From assembly GCA_046484225.1 (NCBI GenBank), contig JAWOBO010000062.1:934-64933 (forward strand): a DNA stretch of 64,000 nucleotides, in the 5' to 3' direction. Shown here one piece after another: positions 19,352 to 29,304 of the stretch. This stretch comes from Candidatus Omnitrophota bacterium. Lineage in GTDB: Bacteria; Omnitrophota; Gorgyraeia; Duberdicusellales; 4484-171. Each line of letters begins with the position of its first letter. Within the stretch, counting starts at the first letter, position 1. Both the position numbers and the translations under genes were made by a program. The notes under the pieces were generated by a model. That model was not told where the DNA came from. It ran no database searches and was given only the letters and a program-made list of their open reading frames with translations.

Positions 19352-20002
19352 TTAGTCTAATAATGCTTTTCTGTCTTTTAGTTTTTTTTTTACTTGTTCA
19401 AATACTTCTTCTTTTTTCTTATCTCCATCAACAGAGATAAAAATACCTTTTTGTTTATAAAAATCAAAGATTCCTCTACTGTTTTCTAAGAATACATTCC
19501 ATCTCTTTTTGATAACATCCGGCTTATCATCATCTCTTTGTATCAGCTCTGAACCACAATCATCACAAATATTATCTTTTTCAGGAGGCATAGTATCAAG
19601 ATGATAGTTAACTCCACATTTTTTGCATACCCTTCTTTTGCTAAGCCTATCTACGATAGTGTCTCTGCTTACATCTAAATAAATAAAAGCATCTATTGTT
19701 CTATTTTTTTCGTCTAGAATACCGTCTAAAGTTTCAGCTTGTTTTTGATTGCGAGGATACCCATCTAAAATAAAGTTATCATCTGCTAAATTAGCGTCAA
19801 TTACTTCCCGCACAGTATCATTAGGAACAAGCTCGCCTTTATCCATGTATTGTTTAACTTTAACTCCTAAATCAGAACCTTTTTTAACCTCTTGACGCAA
19901 AATATCTCCTAAAGATATCTTTTTTAAATTAAGCTCATTAGCTAACATATCTGCTTGTGTGCCTTTACCTGAACCAGGTGCCCCAAAAAGAATTAATCTC
20001 AT
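19352..20002 (-). CDS. adk: Adenylate kinase (Zn-LID)
   Basis: GAPGSGKGTQ, LDGYPR, CKKC..CDDC, QRDDD. Confidence 0.97.
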   Translation of the reverse strand: MRLILFGAPGSGKGTQADMLANELNLKKISLGDILRQEVKKGSDLGVKVKQYMDKGELVPNDTVREVIDANLADDNFILDGYPRNQKQAETLDGILDEKNRTIDAFIYLDVSRDTIVDRLSKRRVCKKCGVNYHLDTMPPEKDNICDDCGSELIQRDDDKPDVIKKRWNVFLENSRGIFDFYKQKGIFISVDGDKKKEEVFEQVKKKLKDRKALLD

Positions 20003-21354
20003 CTTCTCCCCTTTAGTGGACTCCCTTTTATAAAACCACCGTAATGACGGGTCATAAGTTGTCCTTCAATTTGCTTCATTGTATCAAGTATAACCGCTAC
20101 CATAATTAAAAGAGTTGTACCTCCAAAAAGTGAAGCTAATTGATAAGAAGGTACTCGAAAAATTTCCATGATAATATTAGGAAAAATTGCAATAATACTA
20201 ATATATATAGCCCCAACAAAAACAATACGAGTTGCAACATAGTCAAGATAATTAGCCGTGGGCCGTCCGGGCCTTACTCCGGGCACAAAACCACCATATC
20301 GCTTAAGATTATTTGCTATCTCTAAAGGATGAAAGACCATAGCCGTATAAAAATACATAAAAAATACAATGAGTCCTACTAAAATCACGTTATACCAAAG
20401 ACCTCTTTGTTGAACTATACTTTGCAAAAACTGAACAATTTTTATGTCCTTAGGCAAAAACATAGCTAAAGTTGCCGGAAACGAAATTACAGCAGATGCA
20501 AAAATAATTGCAATAACTCCTGCCATATCTATCTTTATCGGCAAATATGTACTTTGACCACCGTACATCTTGCGTCCAACTACCCTTCTCCCATATTGAA
20601 TGGGAATTCTGCGCTGAGCCTGAGTAAATAAAACTACAGCTGCGATCATAGAAACCCAAACAGCAATCAATGCAATAACAACTGGCGTCGATATCTGCTG
20701 GTTCGCCGGATCCATAGGAGACCAAAGACGCCAAAGCTGATTAACCGATGAAGGGATGCGAGACATTATACTAACAGTAATAATAATCGAGATTCCGTTA
20801 CCAATACCCCTTTCTTGAATTTGTTCCCCTAACCACATAATAAAAATAGTACCACAGGCTAAGGTAATCACCGTTGTAAAATTAAATAATAGTCCTGGTT
20901 CAGGAACAATCAAATATCCTTTAAAATTAGCAGGGTTCGAAAGCCAAAAAGATAAAAATAGACCTTGGACAAAACACAAAGCTAAGGTTAAATATCTAGT
21001 ATATTGATTGATTTTTTCATAGCCAGCCTTACCTTCTTTAGCAATTCGTTCTAAGGCAGGAACCACATTCTGCAACAACTGCATGATGATTGAAGCTGAT
21101 ATATAAGGCATCACCCCTAAGGCAAAAATACTTAACTTTGTTAAAGCTCCACCAGTAAATAAATTAAGCATTCCAAAGATAGTCTGACCTTGATTTTTAG
21201 CAACTTCTGCAAAAAATTGAGAAAGAGCAGCTGTATTTACCCCAGGAGTAGGGATAAAACATCCAGCTCGATAAACTATTAATAAAGAAAGAGTGATTAA
21301 AACCTTTTTTCTTAAATCAGGTAGTTTAAAAACATTTGCTACCGCTTTAAACAC
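19999..21354 (-). CDS. secY: Preprotein translocase SecY
   Basis: SIFALGVMPYISASII, WLGEQI..GIGNGIS, PGVRPG. Confidence 0.98.
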   Translation of the reverse strand: MFKAVANVFKLPDLRKKVLITLSLLIVYRAGCFIPTPGVNTAALSQFFAEVAKNQGQTIFGMLNLFTGGALTKLSIFALGVMPYISASIIMQLLQNVVPALERIAKEGKAGYEKINQYTRYLTLALCFVQGLFLSFWLSNPANFKGYLIVPEPGLLFNFTTVITLACGTIFIMWLGEQIQERGIGNGISIIITVSIMSRIPSSVNQLWRLWSPMDPANQQISTPVVIALIAVWVSMIAAVVLFTQAQRRIPIQYGRRVVGRKMYGGQSTYLPIKIDMAGVIAIIFASAVISFPATLAMFLPKDIKIVQFLQSIVQQRGLWYNVILVGLIVFFMYFYTAMVFHPLEIANNLKRYGGFVPGVRPGRPTANYLDYVATRIVFVGAIYISIIAIFPNIIMEIFRVPSYQLASLFGGTTLLIMVAVILDTMKQIEGQLMTRHYGGFIKGSPLKGRR

Positions 21355-21794
21355 TCAAAGCCTCCTCCATTTGACTCAATAATTTCTTTAGCTTTTTTAG
21401 AAATTTTATCAGCCTTTATGGTTAACTTTAAATTAAATTCATTGCTTTTATTGGCTAAAATTTTAACCAATTTATTTTTATCTCTAATTAAATTAAGCTT
21501 CTCCATTGTTTCTGGAGTAAGTTCAGTGTTACCTTTGGCCCTTTCTCCAATAGTAATTAAATTGACTACTTGATATTTTTTAGCGTTCCTGGCAGTAAAA
21601 CCTCTTTTGGGAAGCTGCCTAAAGAAAGGTATATTTCCTCCAGAAAAACCAATATAAGGAGTCTTTTTTCCCTTTCTTTGGCCAGCACCTTTATGGCCTC
21701 GGCCAGAAGTTTTGCCTAATCCAGAACCTGCCCCTCTGCCACACCGTTTTGTTTTTTTATTTTTAGTTACTATTTTTATCTCTGATAGATCCAT
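21339..21794 (-). CDS. rplO: 50S ribosomal protein L15
   Basis: GRGAGSGLGKTSGRGHKG, LPKRGF. Confidence 0.96.
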   Translation of the reverse strand: MDLSEIKIVTKNKKTKRCGRGAGSGLGKTSGRGHKGAGQRKGKKTPYIGFSGGNIPFFRQLPKRGFTARNAKKYQVVNLITIGERAKGNTELTPETMEKLNLIRDKNKLVKILANKSNEFNLKLTIKADKISKKAKEIIESNGGGFECLKR

Positions 21795-21799
21795 AATAA

Positions 21800-22264
21800 T
21801 TAACCCTTTAGATTCTTAAAAGCTTCAAACGTAGCTTTAACTACATTAATCGGATTTGTTGAATTACCAATATTCTTTGTGAGAATATCTTTTATTCCAG
21901 CACACTCGCAAACTGCTCGAATCGGACCACAAGCAATAACCCCTGTACCTCGCGAAGCAGATTTAAAAAGTATCCGCATCGATCCAAATTTACCAATAAC
22001 TCCATGAGGGATAGTAGTTCCCCGCTGCTTTACTTTTACTGTATCTTTCTTAGCTTTATTTATTCCTTTTCGAATAGCACTGGCAACTTCATTGGCTTTT
22101 CCTACCGCATAACCAGCTCTATCTACTCCATCGCCAACAACAACTAAAGCAGAAAAGGAAAGATTTTTACCACCTTTTGTCACTTTAGTGGTTCTATTGA
22201 TAAATAAAACCTTCTCAATAAAAGCTTTTTCTTCTTTTTTGTTTTTAACCGTTTTTTTCTGCAT
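21800..22264 (-). CDS. rpsE: 30S ribosomal protein S5
   Basis: [30 protein letters not shown]. Confidence 0.96.
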   Translation of the reverse strand: MQKKTVKNKKEEKAFIEKVLFINRTTKVTKGGKNLSFSALVVVGDGVDRAGYAVGKANEVASAIRKGINKAKKDTVKVKQRGTTIPHGVIGKFGSMRILFKSASRGTGVIACGPIRAVCECAGIKDILTKNIGNSTNPINVVKATFEAFKNLKG

Positions 22265-22617
22265 TAAAACTTTAATCCTCCTTCTCTTGCCCCATCTGCT
22301 AAATTCTTTATCCGGCCATGGAACTTATATCCACCGCGGTCAAAACAAACTGTGTTTATTTTCTTAGACTTTGCGAGTTGGGCGATAAGCTTTCCAACTT
22401 CTTTAGCAGCTTCTTTGTTTGCCGTTTTACTATTATTTTTCTTAAACTCTGCAGACAAAGTAGATACACCAGTAACTACTTTTTGATTTTTATCATTTAT
22501 CAATTGAGCATAAATATGCTTATGACTTCGAAAAACCACAAGCCGTGGCCTTTGAGCGGTTCCTTGAATCTTTTTAACTATCCGTTTATGTCTATATGCT
22601 CTAGCTTGTTTTTTCAT
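22264..22617 (-). CDS. rplR: 50S ribosomal protein L18
   Basis: [28 protein letters not shown]. Confidence 0.97.
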   Translation of the reverse strand: MKKQARAYRHKRIVKKIQGTAQRPRLVVFRSHKHIYAQLINDKNQKVVTGVSTLSAEFKKNNSKTANKEAAKEVGKLIAQLAKSKKINTVCFDRGGYKFHGRIKNLADGAREGGLKF

Positions 22618-22622
22618 CTTTT

Positions 22623-22664
22623 TTAACCTTTATCCTTTAACCTTTAACCTTTAACCTTTATCCT
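22623..22664. repeat. Heptamer tandem repeat (TTAWCCT)x6 filling rplF-rplR spacer
   Basis: TTAACCT TTATCCT TTAACCT TTAACCT TTAACCT TTATCCT; two units recur at 57556. Confidence 0.85.
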
Positions 22665-22667
22665 TAT

Positions 22668-23207
22668 TTATTTAGCTAATGCTTTTCCAACTTTCTTTTG
22701 AACTTCTTCGCCTAAATATCTAATTCCTTTACCCTTATAAGGTTCAGGAGGATATATTTTTCGTATTTGAGCTGCAAACTGACCTACTTGCTGCTTATCG
22801 ATGCCTTCAACCGTTATCCGCGTATTAGACGGCACTGAAACCCTCAAGCCTTCTGGTACAGCAAGTTCAACTGGATGAGAAAATCCTAAATTTAGATCAA
22901 GGTTTTTTCCTTTCATCTGAGCTTTATACCCAACCCCAATAATCTCAAGTTCTTTCTTAAAACCAACAGTTACCCCTTTTATAAGATTAGCAATAATTGC
23001 TCGAGTTGTCCCATGCAAAGTTCTTGCTATCTTACTATCCTTTTCTTGTTTTACAGATAAAACATTATCTGCTAACTCTACCTGAATAAGCCTATTAAAA
23101 GAAAAACTGAGTGTGCCTTTTGGCCCTTGCACAGAAACTTCTTTTTTGCTTACTTCTACCTTTACTTCTTTAGGAACTGTTATTGGTTGTTTACCAATTC
23201 GAGACAT
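22668..23207 (-). CDS. rplF: 50S ribosomal protein L6
   Basis: MSRIGK, LGFSHP, PEPYKGKG. Confidence 0.97.
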   Translation of the reverse strand: MSRIGKQPITVPKEVKVEVSKKEVSVQGPKGTLSFSFNRLIQVELADNVLSVKQEKDSKIARTLHGTTRAIIANLIKGVTVGFKKELEIIGVGYKAQMKGKNLDLNLGFSHPVELAVPEGLRVSVPSNTRITVEGIDKQQVGQFAAQIRKIYPPEPYKGKGIRYLGEEVQKKVGKALAK

Positions 23208-23227
23208 CTTTATCTCCTATTATTTTT

Positions 23228-23623
23228 CTACCAAACCATCCCGACAACTTCTCCGCCCAAACTCTCTTTTTTGGCCTGATTGCCAGTAAGAATCCCCCTC
23301 GATGTCGAAATTATTGCCAAACCATATCCACCTAAAACTGAAAGATTTTCATCCTTCTTTTTATAGATACGCCGTGACGGCCGAGAAGCTTTTTTGATTT
23401 GAGTTATTACACTTTTTTTTCCGTCATATTTAAGATATATTTTTATCTGTTTAAAATTTTTAGTTTCTGCTTCTTTAAAATTAGCAATATATTCATGTTC
23501 CTTTAATATTTCACATATTTTAGATAGACTATTGGAATAAGGTATAAAAACTTCTTGCTTTTTGACTTTTGTAGCATTTCTTATTATAGTGAATGCATCG
23601 GCGATTAAATCAGTTCTACTCAT
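23228..23623 (-). CDS. rpsH: 30S ribosomal protein S8
   Basis: DLIAD..IRNA, SRPSRR, STSRG, GGEV. Confidence 0.96.
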   Translation of the reverse strand: MSRTDLIADAFTIIRNATKVKKQEVFIPYSNSLSKICEILKEHEYIANFKEAETKNFKQIKIYLKYDGKKSVITQIKKASRPSRRIYKKKDENLSVLGGYGLAIISTSRGILTGNQAKKESLGGEVVGMVW

Positions 23624-23640
23624 TTTCCTTCCTTTTTTTG

Positions 23641-23702
23641 TATTGGTTAATTAGTTAATTAGTTAATTGGTTAATTAACTACTCACCACTCACTACTCAC
23701 CA
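23641..23702. repeat. Composite tandem repeat (AATTRGTT)x4 plus (CYACTCA)x3
   Basis: Read directly from rpsN-rpsH spacer. Confidence 0.75.
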
Positions 23703-23704
23703 AT

Positions 23705-23899
23705 TTACCAGCTTGCTTTCTTAACCCCTGGAATTAATCCTTGCCAGGCTAATTCCCGAAAACAAATTCGGCAAAGTTCAAAATCCCTAATATAACCCCG
23801 AGGCCTTCCACAACGCCTACATCTATTTCTATAACGGGTAGTAAACTTAGGATTTTTTTTATCTCTTAACCATTTTTGAATTTTTGATTTTTTAGCCAT
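23705..23899 (-). CDS. rpsN: 30S ribosomal protein S14 (Zn-binding type)
   Basis: [26 protein letters not shown]. Confidence 0.96.
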   Translation of the reverse strand: MAKKSKIQKWLRDKKNPKFTTRYRNRCRRCGRPRGYIRDFELCRICFRELAWQGLIPGVKKASW

Positions 23900-24467
23900 T
23901 CTTCCTCCTAAAAGGAAACCCAAAAGCTTCCAGCAATTCCCTGGCTTCCTTGTCAGAATCTGCTGTTGTATGTATAGAAATATTCATCCCCTGGGTTCTA
24001 GTTATATTATCTAAATTTATCTCTGGAAATATTCCCTGCTCGACTAAACCAAAATTATAATTTCCGGCTCCATCAAAAGAATTAGGCGAAAGTCCTCTAA
24101 AATCACGAATTCTCGGAATAGCCACAGTAATAAGACGATCAAAAAAGTCATACATCATAGATTTACGCAAAGTTACACAACAGCCTATGGCCACCCCCTG
24201 CCTAAGCTTAAAGTTAGAAACAGCACGACGAGCCCGACAAATTTTCGGCCGCTGGCCGGTAATAGTAGCTAACTGCTCAGAAACACTCTCGATCAACTTA
24301 GAATCAGCAGTAGCCTCTCCAACCCCCATATTAACCACAATCTTAACTAACCGTGGCACAGAATAAAAGTTAGTATGATTTTGCTTTTTCTTTAATTCAG
24401 GCGCAATCTCTTCTCTGTACACCTGAAGTAATCTGGGAATGTAATTTTTTAAATTGCTTTCTGACAT
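23892..24467 (-). CDS. rplE: 50S ribosomal protein L5
   Basis: [26 protein letters not shown]. Confidence 0.97.
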   Translation of the reverse strand: MSESNLKNYIPRLLQVYREEIAPELKKKQNHTNFYSVPRLVKIVVNMGVGEATADSKLIESVSEQLATITGQRPKICRARRAVSNFKLRQGVAIGCCVTLRKSMMYDFFDRLITVAIPRIRDFRGLSPNSFDGAGNYNFGLVEQGIFPEINLDNITRTQGMNISIHTTADSDKEARELLEAFGFPFRRKNG

Positions 24468-24763
24468 TTTTTGCAAACTCTTGTTTTAGTTTTATCTTTA
24501 GCTACTTCTATTTTAGTTTTTACACCTCTATTACAGCTAGAACAAAATAACTGTACTGACGATAGATGAAGCGGTAAAGGCACTTCTTGAAATCCACCCT
24601 GCTCTGATTCAGACTTCTTCTTTTTGTGCTTTTTAACTAAATTTGCCCCTTCAACTACCACTTTGTTTTTATCAGGGAAAAACTTTAAAACTCTTCCCTT
24701 TTTACCTTTACTCTTGCCAGAGGTAACTATTACTTTATCGCCTTTTTTAATTCTTAAACTCAT
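24449..24763 (-). CDS. rplX: 50S ribosomal protein L24
   Basis: MSLRIKKGDKV..GKSKGK; upstream ORF extension comes from a repeat element. Confidence 0.95.
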   Translation of the reverse strand: MSLRIKKGDKVIVTSGKSKGKKGRVLKFFPDKNKVVVEGANLVKKHKKKKSESEQGGFQEVPLPLHLSSVQLFCSSCNRGVKTKIEVAKDKTKTRVCKKCQKAI

Positions 24764-24790
24764 ATTTTTATCCTTTTCTATACTCTCGAC

Positions 24791-24902
24791 GTCATCCTGA
24801 GGAGCGATAGCGACGAAGGATCTCAAACACTGCTTTTTGAGATTCTTCGCTCTTGACAAGAAAGCTGCCTAGACAGTAACTCTGTCAAGAGCTCAGAATG
24901 AC
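24791..24902. repeat. Palindromic element family B (GTCAT...ATGAC), copy 1
   Basis: GTCATCCTGAG..CGAAGGATCTC..GAGATTCTTCG..CTCAGAATGAC with inner 10-bp IR GCTCTTGACA/TGTCAAGAGC. Confidence 0.88.
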
Positions 24903-24939
24903 ACCGGGTGTTACCGATTTTTTTAAATTCTTTCATTAG

Positions 24940-25305
24940 CTAAATGGCTTCCGGAGCTAAAGATAAAATCTTACTAAACTTACTCCGAAGTTCTCTTACT
25001 ACCGGTCCAAAAACACGAGTAGCTCTTGGATTGTTTTGTTTGTCAATAACCACACACGCATTTCGATCAAATTTAACCACTAAACCGTCTTTTCTTTTTA
25101 TGGGAAAATGTGTCCGAACTACTACAGCTCTTACTACTTCTCCTTTTTTAATCGGAGAGTTAGGAATGGCATCCTTTACGCTTCCGGTAATTACATCTCC
25201 TACCATTGCATGTTTTGTGCCTTTACGTCCCAAAACTCCTATAAAGGAAACTTTTCTCGCACCACTATTATCAGCTACATCTATCTTAGATCTTAAGGTT
25301 ATCAT
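24940..25305 (-). CDS. rplN: 50S ribosomal protein L14
   Basis: VADNSGA, AVVVRT, TRVFGPV, SLAPE. Confidence 0.97.
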   Translation of the reverse strand: MITLRSKIDVADNSGARKVSFIGVLGRKGTKHAMVGDVITGSVKDAIPNSPIKKGEVVRAVVVRTHFPIKRKDGLVVKFDRNACVVIDKQNNPRATRVFGPVVRELRSKFSKILSLAPEAI

Positions 25306-25547
25306 TTTAGAACCTCATAAATCCTAAATCTTTTATCTTTAGAAAATGGACGACATCCAATAATTTTTACTTTATCGCCAGCCTTAACTTTATTATCCTT
25401 ATCGTGAACTTTATATTTTTTCTTAGTCATAATAAGTTTATTATAAACGCTGTGCGGTAACCTTCTTCTGACTAAAACCACAGCCGTTTTATCCATTTTA
25501 TCTGACACAACAACACCCTCTAATATCTTACCTAGTTTTTTCGCCAC
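25302..25547 (-). CDS. rpsQ: 30S ribosomal protein S17
   Basis: [24 protein letters not shown]; GTG start. Confidence 0.96.
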   Translation of the reverse strand: MAKKLGKILEGVVVSDKMDKTAVVLVRRRLPHSVYNKLIMTKKKYKVHDKDNKVKAGDKVKIIGCRPFSKDKRFRIYEVLK

Positions 25548-25737
25548 CTTGTCTCCTTTTTTCGCTAATTACAGTGTGCATTTGAGCTATCTCTTTTTTA
25601 ATATCTTTAAAGTGATGCGGTTTGTCTAAACCACTTCTTCTTTTAAACTGCAACTCCATAAGTTTTTTTTCGTTATCAGCAATCTTTTCTTTTATTTCTT
25701 TTTCTGAAAGCGAACGTAAATTCTTTATATCAGCCAT
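25528..25737 (-). CDS. rpmC: 50S ribosomal protein L29
   Basis: [24 protein letters not shown]; lies between rplP and rpsQ. Confidence 0.9.
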   Translation of the reverse strand: MADIKNLRSLSEKEIKEKIADNEKKLMELQFKRRSGLDKPHHFKDIKKEIAQMHTVISEKRRQGGEKTR

Positions 25738-25744
25738 AACTATT

Positions 25745-26155
25745 TTAACCTTTCCTTGTAACAAACATTGTTTTAAAAGGAAGCTTATAAGCAACCAGCC
25801 TAAAAGATTCTCTAGCATAATCTTCAGGCACTCCCCCGATTTCGAAAATCACATTACCTCTTCTGACTACTCGAACCCAGCTTTCAACATCTCCCTTACC
25901 TTTTCCTTGGCGAGATTCAGCAGGTTTTTTCGTTATTGGTTTATCTGGAAAAACTCTAATCCAAAGTTTTCCGCCTCGACGCAAACGACGAGTAAGTACT
26001 ACTCGCGTAGTTTCAATTTGGGTATTCTTGAGCCAACCAGATTCAAGCGCTTTTATACCATATTCTCCAAAAGAAACTCTTGAACCAGCTACTGCTAATC
26101 CGCGCCGTTTCCCTCTTTGTGCTTTTCTGTATTTTACTCTTTTAGGAATAAGCAT
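25745..26155 (-). CDS. rplP: 50S ribosomal protein L16
   Basis: [29 protein letters not shown]. Confidence 0.97.
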   Translation of the reverse strand: MLIPKRVKYRKAQRGKRRGLAVAGSRVSFGEYGIKALESGWLKNTQIETTRVVLTRRLRRGGKLWIRVFPDKPITKKPAESRQGKGKGDVESWVRVVRRGNVIFEIGGVPEDYARESFRLVAYKLPFKTMFVTRKG

Positions 26156-26156
26156 A

Positions 26157-26831
26157 TTATCTCTTTGCCTCTTTATTCTTTTTGACTAAATAATCACCTA
26201 GGTGTTTTTGGCCTTTATACACCCAAACTTTTACCCCAATAGTACCATAAGTAGTTTTAGCAACTGCAAAACCGTAATCAATATCCGTCCTAAAGGTGTG
26301 AAGAGGAATTTTACCGTATTTATAGCTTTCAGATCGAGCTAACTCCACTCCGCCAAGACGACCCGAACATTGGATTTTTATTCCTTCGCCAAAGGAAGAT
26401 TGAGCTTGCTGAAGAGCTTTTTTCATTGCTCTTCTGAATTTTACTCTTTTTATCAACTGAAAAGCAATCAACTCAGCTACCAACTGTCCTTCAAGGGCTT
26501 GATCTGACACCTCTTCAACATCGATAATTATTTCTTTACCGGTTGCATCTGATAAATCTTTTTTGACTCGTTCGATATCTTGCCCGCGTCTTCCGATTAT
26601 CACGCCAGGCCGAGAAGTCCTCACCTTTATTCTTATTCCGCCTGAAGAAACTCTTTCGATATCGATAGTTGCAATTGAACCCAAAGAATAACTTTTCTTT
26701 ATCTTTTGACGAATAGCTAGATCTTCTTCAAGAAAATCAGCGTATTCACCCTTTTTAGGAGAGAACCATCTCGATTGCCAACTTTTACCAAAACCAATTC
26801 TTAAAACATAAGGGTGAACCTTTTGTCCCAT
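26157..26831 (-). CDS. rpsC: 30S ribosomal protein S3
   Basis: [28 protein letters not shown]. Confidence 0.97.
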   Translation of the reverse strand: MGQKVHPYVLRIGFGKSWQSRWFSPKKGEYADFLEEDLAIRQKIKKSYSLGSIATIDIERVSSGGIRIKVRTSRPGVIIGRRGQDIERVKKDLSDATGKEIIIDVEEVSDQALEGQLVAELIAFQLIKRVKFRRAMKKALQQAQSSFGEGIKIQCSGRLGGVELARSESYKYGKIPLHTFRTDIDYGFAVAKTTYGTIGVKVWVYKGQKHLGDYLVKKNKEAKR

Positions 26832-26833
26832 AT

Positions 26834-27184
26834 TTAGTTCTCCTGCATTATTTTTTGACTAGAATCTAACTCTATTATTAAATGACTCATTCTTTTTCTA
26901 ATAACTGCAGCCCTTCCAAATGATTCGGCTCTATACCTCTTTAGAGCCGGGCCTTGATTGGCCACTAGCCTAGAAATGAACAATGAGTCTTCCTCGTAAC
27001 CTTTATTTTTAGCATCTGCTATTGCTGTCTTAATCAGCTTCTTTAGATATCTTGCAGCCTTCTTTTTGACAAACTCCAACCTGACGATAGCTTCTTTAGC
27101 ATTACTGCCTCTGACCAGTTTCATTACCGGTCTTACTTTAGTTGGAGAGATTCTAATATATTTTGCTTTTGATCTAGTTACCAT
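26834..27184 (-). CDS. rplV: 50S ribosomal protein L22
   Basis: IRISPTKVR, GPALKR, KRMSH. Confidence 0.95.
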   Translation of the reverse strand: MVTRSKAKYIRISPTKVRPVMKLVRGSNAKEAIVRLEFVKKKAARYLKKLIKTAIADAKNKGYEEDSLFISRLVANQGPALKRYRAESFGRAAVIRKRMSHLIIELDSSQKIMQEN

Positions 27185-27195
27185 ATCAATAAATT

Positions 27196-27483
27196 TTATT
27201 TTTTCAAGATTGATTTCTTAGCCTTTATCCCACCGTGTTCTTTAAATTTTCTAGTTGGCACAAACTCACCTAAACGATGCCCAACCATACTTTCTGTAAC
27301 AAAAACAGGAACATGTTTTTTACCATCATGTACAGCAAAAGTCAAGCCAACAAATTCAGGAATGACCATAGAATCACGCGACCAAGTTTTAATAGCTTTT
27401 CTCTCTCCTGAGCTTTTAGCCCGTTCTACCTTTTTAAGTAGTTTTGCAAAAACATATGGGCCTTTTTTTAATGAACGACTCAT
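27196..27483 (-). CDS. rpsS: 30S ribosomal protein S19
   Basis: [23 protein letters not shown]. Confidence 0.97.
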   Translation of the reverse strand: MSRSLKKGPYVFAKLLKKVERAKSSGERKAIKTWSRDSMVIPEFVGLTFAVHDGKKHVPVFVTESMVGHRLGEFVPTRKFKEHGGIKAKKSILKK

Positions 27484-28334
27484 TTTCTAGATCTTCTCCC
27501 GCCTTTAGTTCTTCTTTTAATAATATATTTATCACTTCGTTTTTTTCTTCTTGTTTTTCCCCCCTTAGCCGGCTGCCCCCAAGGGCTAACTGGATGAGGA
27601 TTGCCTTGTCCAGCTTTTCCTTCGCCTCCACCGTGAGGATGGTCTACAGGGTTCATCGCAACACCTCTTACTTTAGGCCTTTTCCCAGCCCAACGATTCC
27701 TTCCTGCCTTGCCTTTACTGAATGAAGAATGCTCTCCCAGGCCAACCTGGCCAACAGTAACTCGGCACTGCTCTTTAATCAGCCGAACTTCACCCGAAGC
27801 AAGCCTAATTTGAGCCAACCCTTTCTCTTTAGCCATAAGTTGAGCCCAACTTCCAGCACTTCGAACCAGCACTGCACCCCGGCCGGGATTAAGTTCTATA
27901 TTGTGAACCAATGTGCCCATAGGCACATATTTTAACTTCATACTATTACCCGGCTTTATACTAGTCCTTGAATCTGAAGCACTTATAACTTTATCTTTAA
28001 CCTTCATTTTAGCCGGCCAAATAATATATCTTTTCTCTCCGTCTGAATATTTTACTAAAGCCAAACGGGCACCCCGGTTAGGATCATACTCTATAGCTAA
28101 TACCTCAGCCTCTTGATCAAACTTATCTCGTTTAAAATCAACAGCTCTATATTTGCGCTTGCATCCACCGCCTCTTCTGCGCATAGTAATTCTACCTTGG
28201 TTGTTTCTCCCCCCACTCCGCTGCAAAGATTTAGTTAATGACTTTTCCGGTTTCTTCTTTGTAATTTCTGAAAAATCAGAAGTTTTTCTAGTTCTTAATC
28301 CCGGTGATGTTGGTTTATGCTTTTTAATTCCCAT
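27480..28334 (-). CDS. rplB: 50S ribosomal protein L2
   Basis: [30 protein letters not shown]. Confidence 0.98.
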   Translation of the reverse strand: MGIKKHKPTSPGLRTRKTSDFSEITKKKPEKSLTKSLQRSGGRNNQGRITMRRRGGGCKRKYRAVDFKRDKFDQEAEVLAIEYDPNRGARLALVKYSDGEKRYIIWPAKMKVKDKVISASDSRTSIKPGNSMKLKYVPMGTLVHNIELNPGRGAVLVRSAGSWAQLMAKEKGLAQIRLASGEVRLIKEQCRVTVGQVGLGEHSSFSKGKAGRNRWAGKRPKVRGVAMNPVDHPHGGGEGKAGQGNPHPVSPWGQPAKGGKTRRKKRSDKYIIKRRTKGGRRSRK

Positions 28335-28343
28335 TTTTTTTCC

Positions 28344-28631
28344 TTAAGTTATTTTTATCTCGTACCCTTTCTTTAAACTTACAATTGCTTTTTTCCAAGC
28401 AGAAGTTTTTCCTGGCTGATCCCATCTTATTTTTTTCGGTTTTCCCTTTACGATTTCAGTTGAAACTTTTCTTACTTTTACTTTATAAATCTTTTCTATA
28501 GCTTTACGTATTTGAATTTTATTGGCACTTTTATCAACCTCAAAACTATATTTACCTATAGCGATATCCCGATTGGACTTTTCGGTAACAAGTGGAGTCT
28601 TAACTACAGAATAAAGTGAACTTAAAGCCAT
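28344..28631 (-). CDS. rplW: 50S ribosomal protein L23
   Basis: PLVTEKS, ANKIQI, WKKAIV; start set to ATG 28631. Confidence 0.95.
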   Translation of the reverse strand: MALSSLYSVVKTPLVTEKSNRDIAIGKYSFEVDKSANKIQIRKAIEKIYKVKVRKVSTEIVKGKPKKIRWDQPGKTSAWKKAIVSLKKGYEIKIT

Positions 28632-29299
28632 TTTTTTAACCTCTTCTGGATAATATCTAAAGAATCCTTTGTTACAACTAATCTCTGGCAATCTAAAACC
28701 CCTAAAGCATTTATATCATTTGCTTTATCTAGCTTAACTTTTTTAATATTAGCTGAAGCCTTCTTTAGGTTTTGATCAAACTCAGATACTACAAAACATG
28801 CTTTTTTATCATTAATGCCTAAATTAGAAATTATTTGATTAAACTCTTTTGTTTTCGACGATTTCATATTTAACTTATCAACTATGACTATTTGTTCATC
28901 TTTTAGCTTTGCGTTTAGGGCGCTTTTTAATGCTTGAGCTTTCATTCGAGCCGGAAATTTTTTATAGTAAGACTTATGCCTTGGGCCAAATGTAACTCCT
29001 CCACCTTTCCAAAGCGGAGACCGAATAGAACCTACTCTAGCCCTACCTGTCCCTTTTTGCCGCCAAGGTTTTTTGCCACCGCCTCTCTTTTCACCTTTTG
29101 TTTTGGCAACAGCTAATCCCCTTCTCTTATTAGATAAATAGGTATTGACTGCTTGTTGCAATAAAGCCAAAGAAACTTTTCGATCAAAAACAGTTTTATC
29201 TAAAGAAACGCTGTCTTTTGATTTGCCTGCCATGTCTATAACCTCTAAAGTTGAATCAACAGGACCAGTTTTATTTTTTGCTGTGTTTTTTGGTTTCAT
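28622..29299 (-). CDS. rplD: 50S ribosomal protein L4
   Basis: KPWRQKGTGRAR, GGGVTFGP. Confidence 0.97.
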   Translation of the reverse strand: MKPKNTAKNKTGPVDSTLEVIDMAGKSKDSVSLDKTVFDRKVSLALLQQAVNTYLSNKRRGLAVAKTKGEKRGGGKKPWRQKGTGRARVGSIRSPLWKGGGVTFGPRHKSYYKKFPARMKAQALKSALNAKLKDEQIVIVDKLNMKSSKTKEFNQIISNLGINDKKACFVVSEFDQNLKKASANIKKVKLDKANDINALGVLDCQRLVVTKDSLDIIQKRLKKWL

Positions 29300-29304
29300 T
29301 ATCT

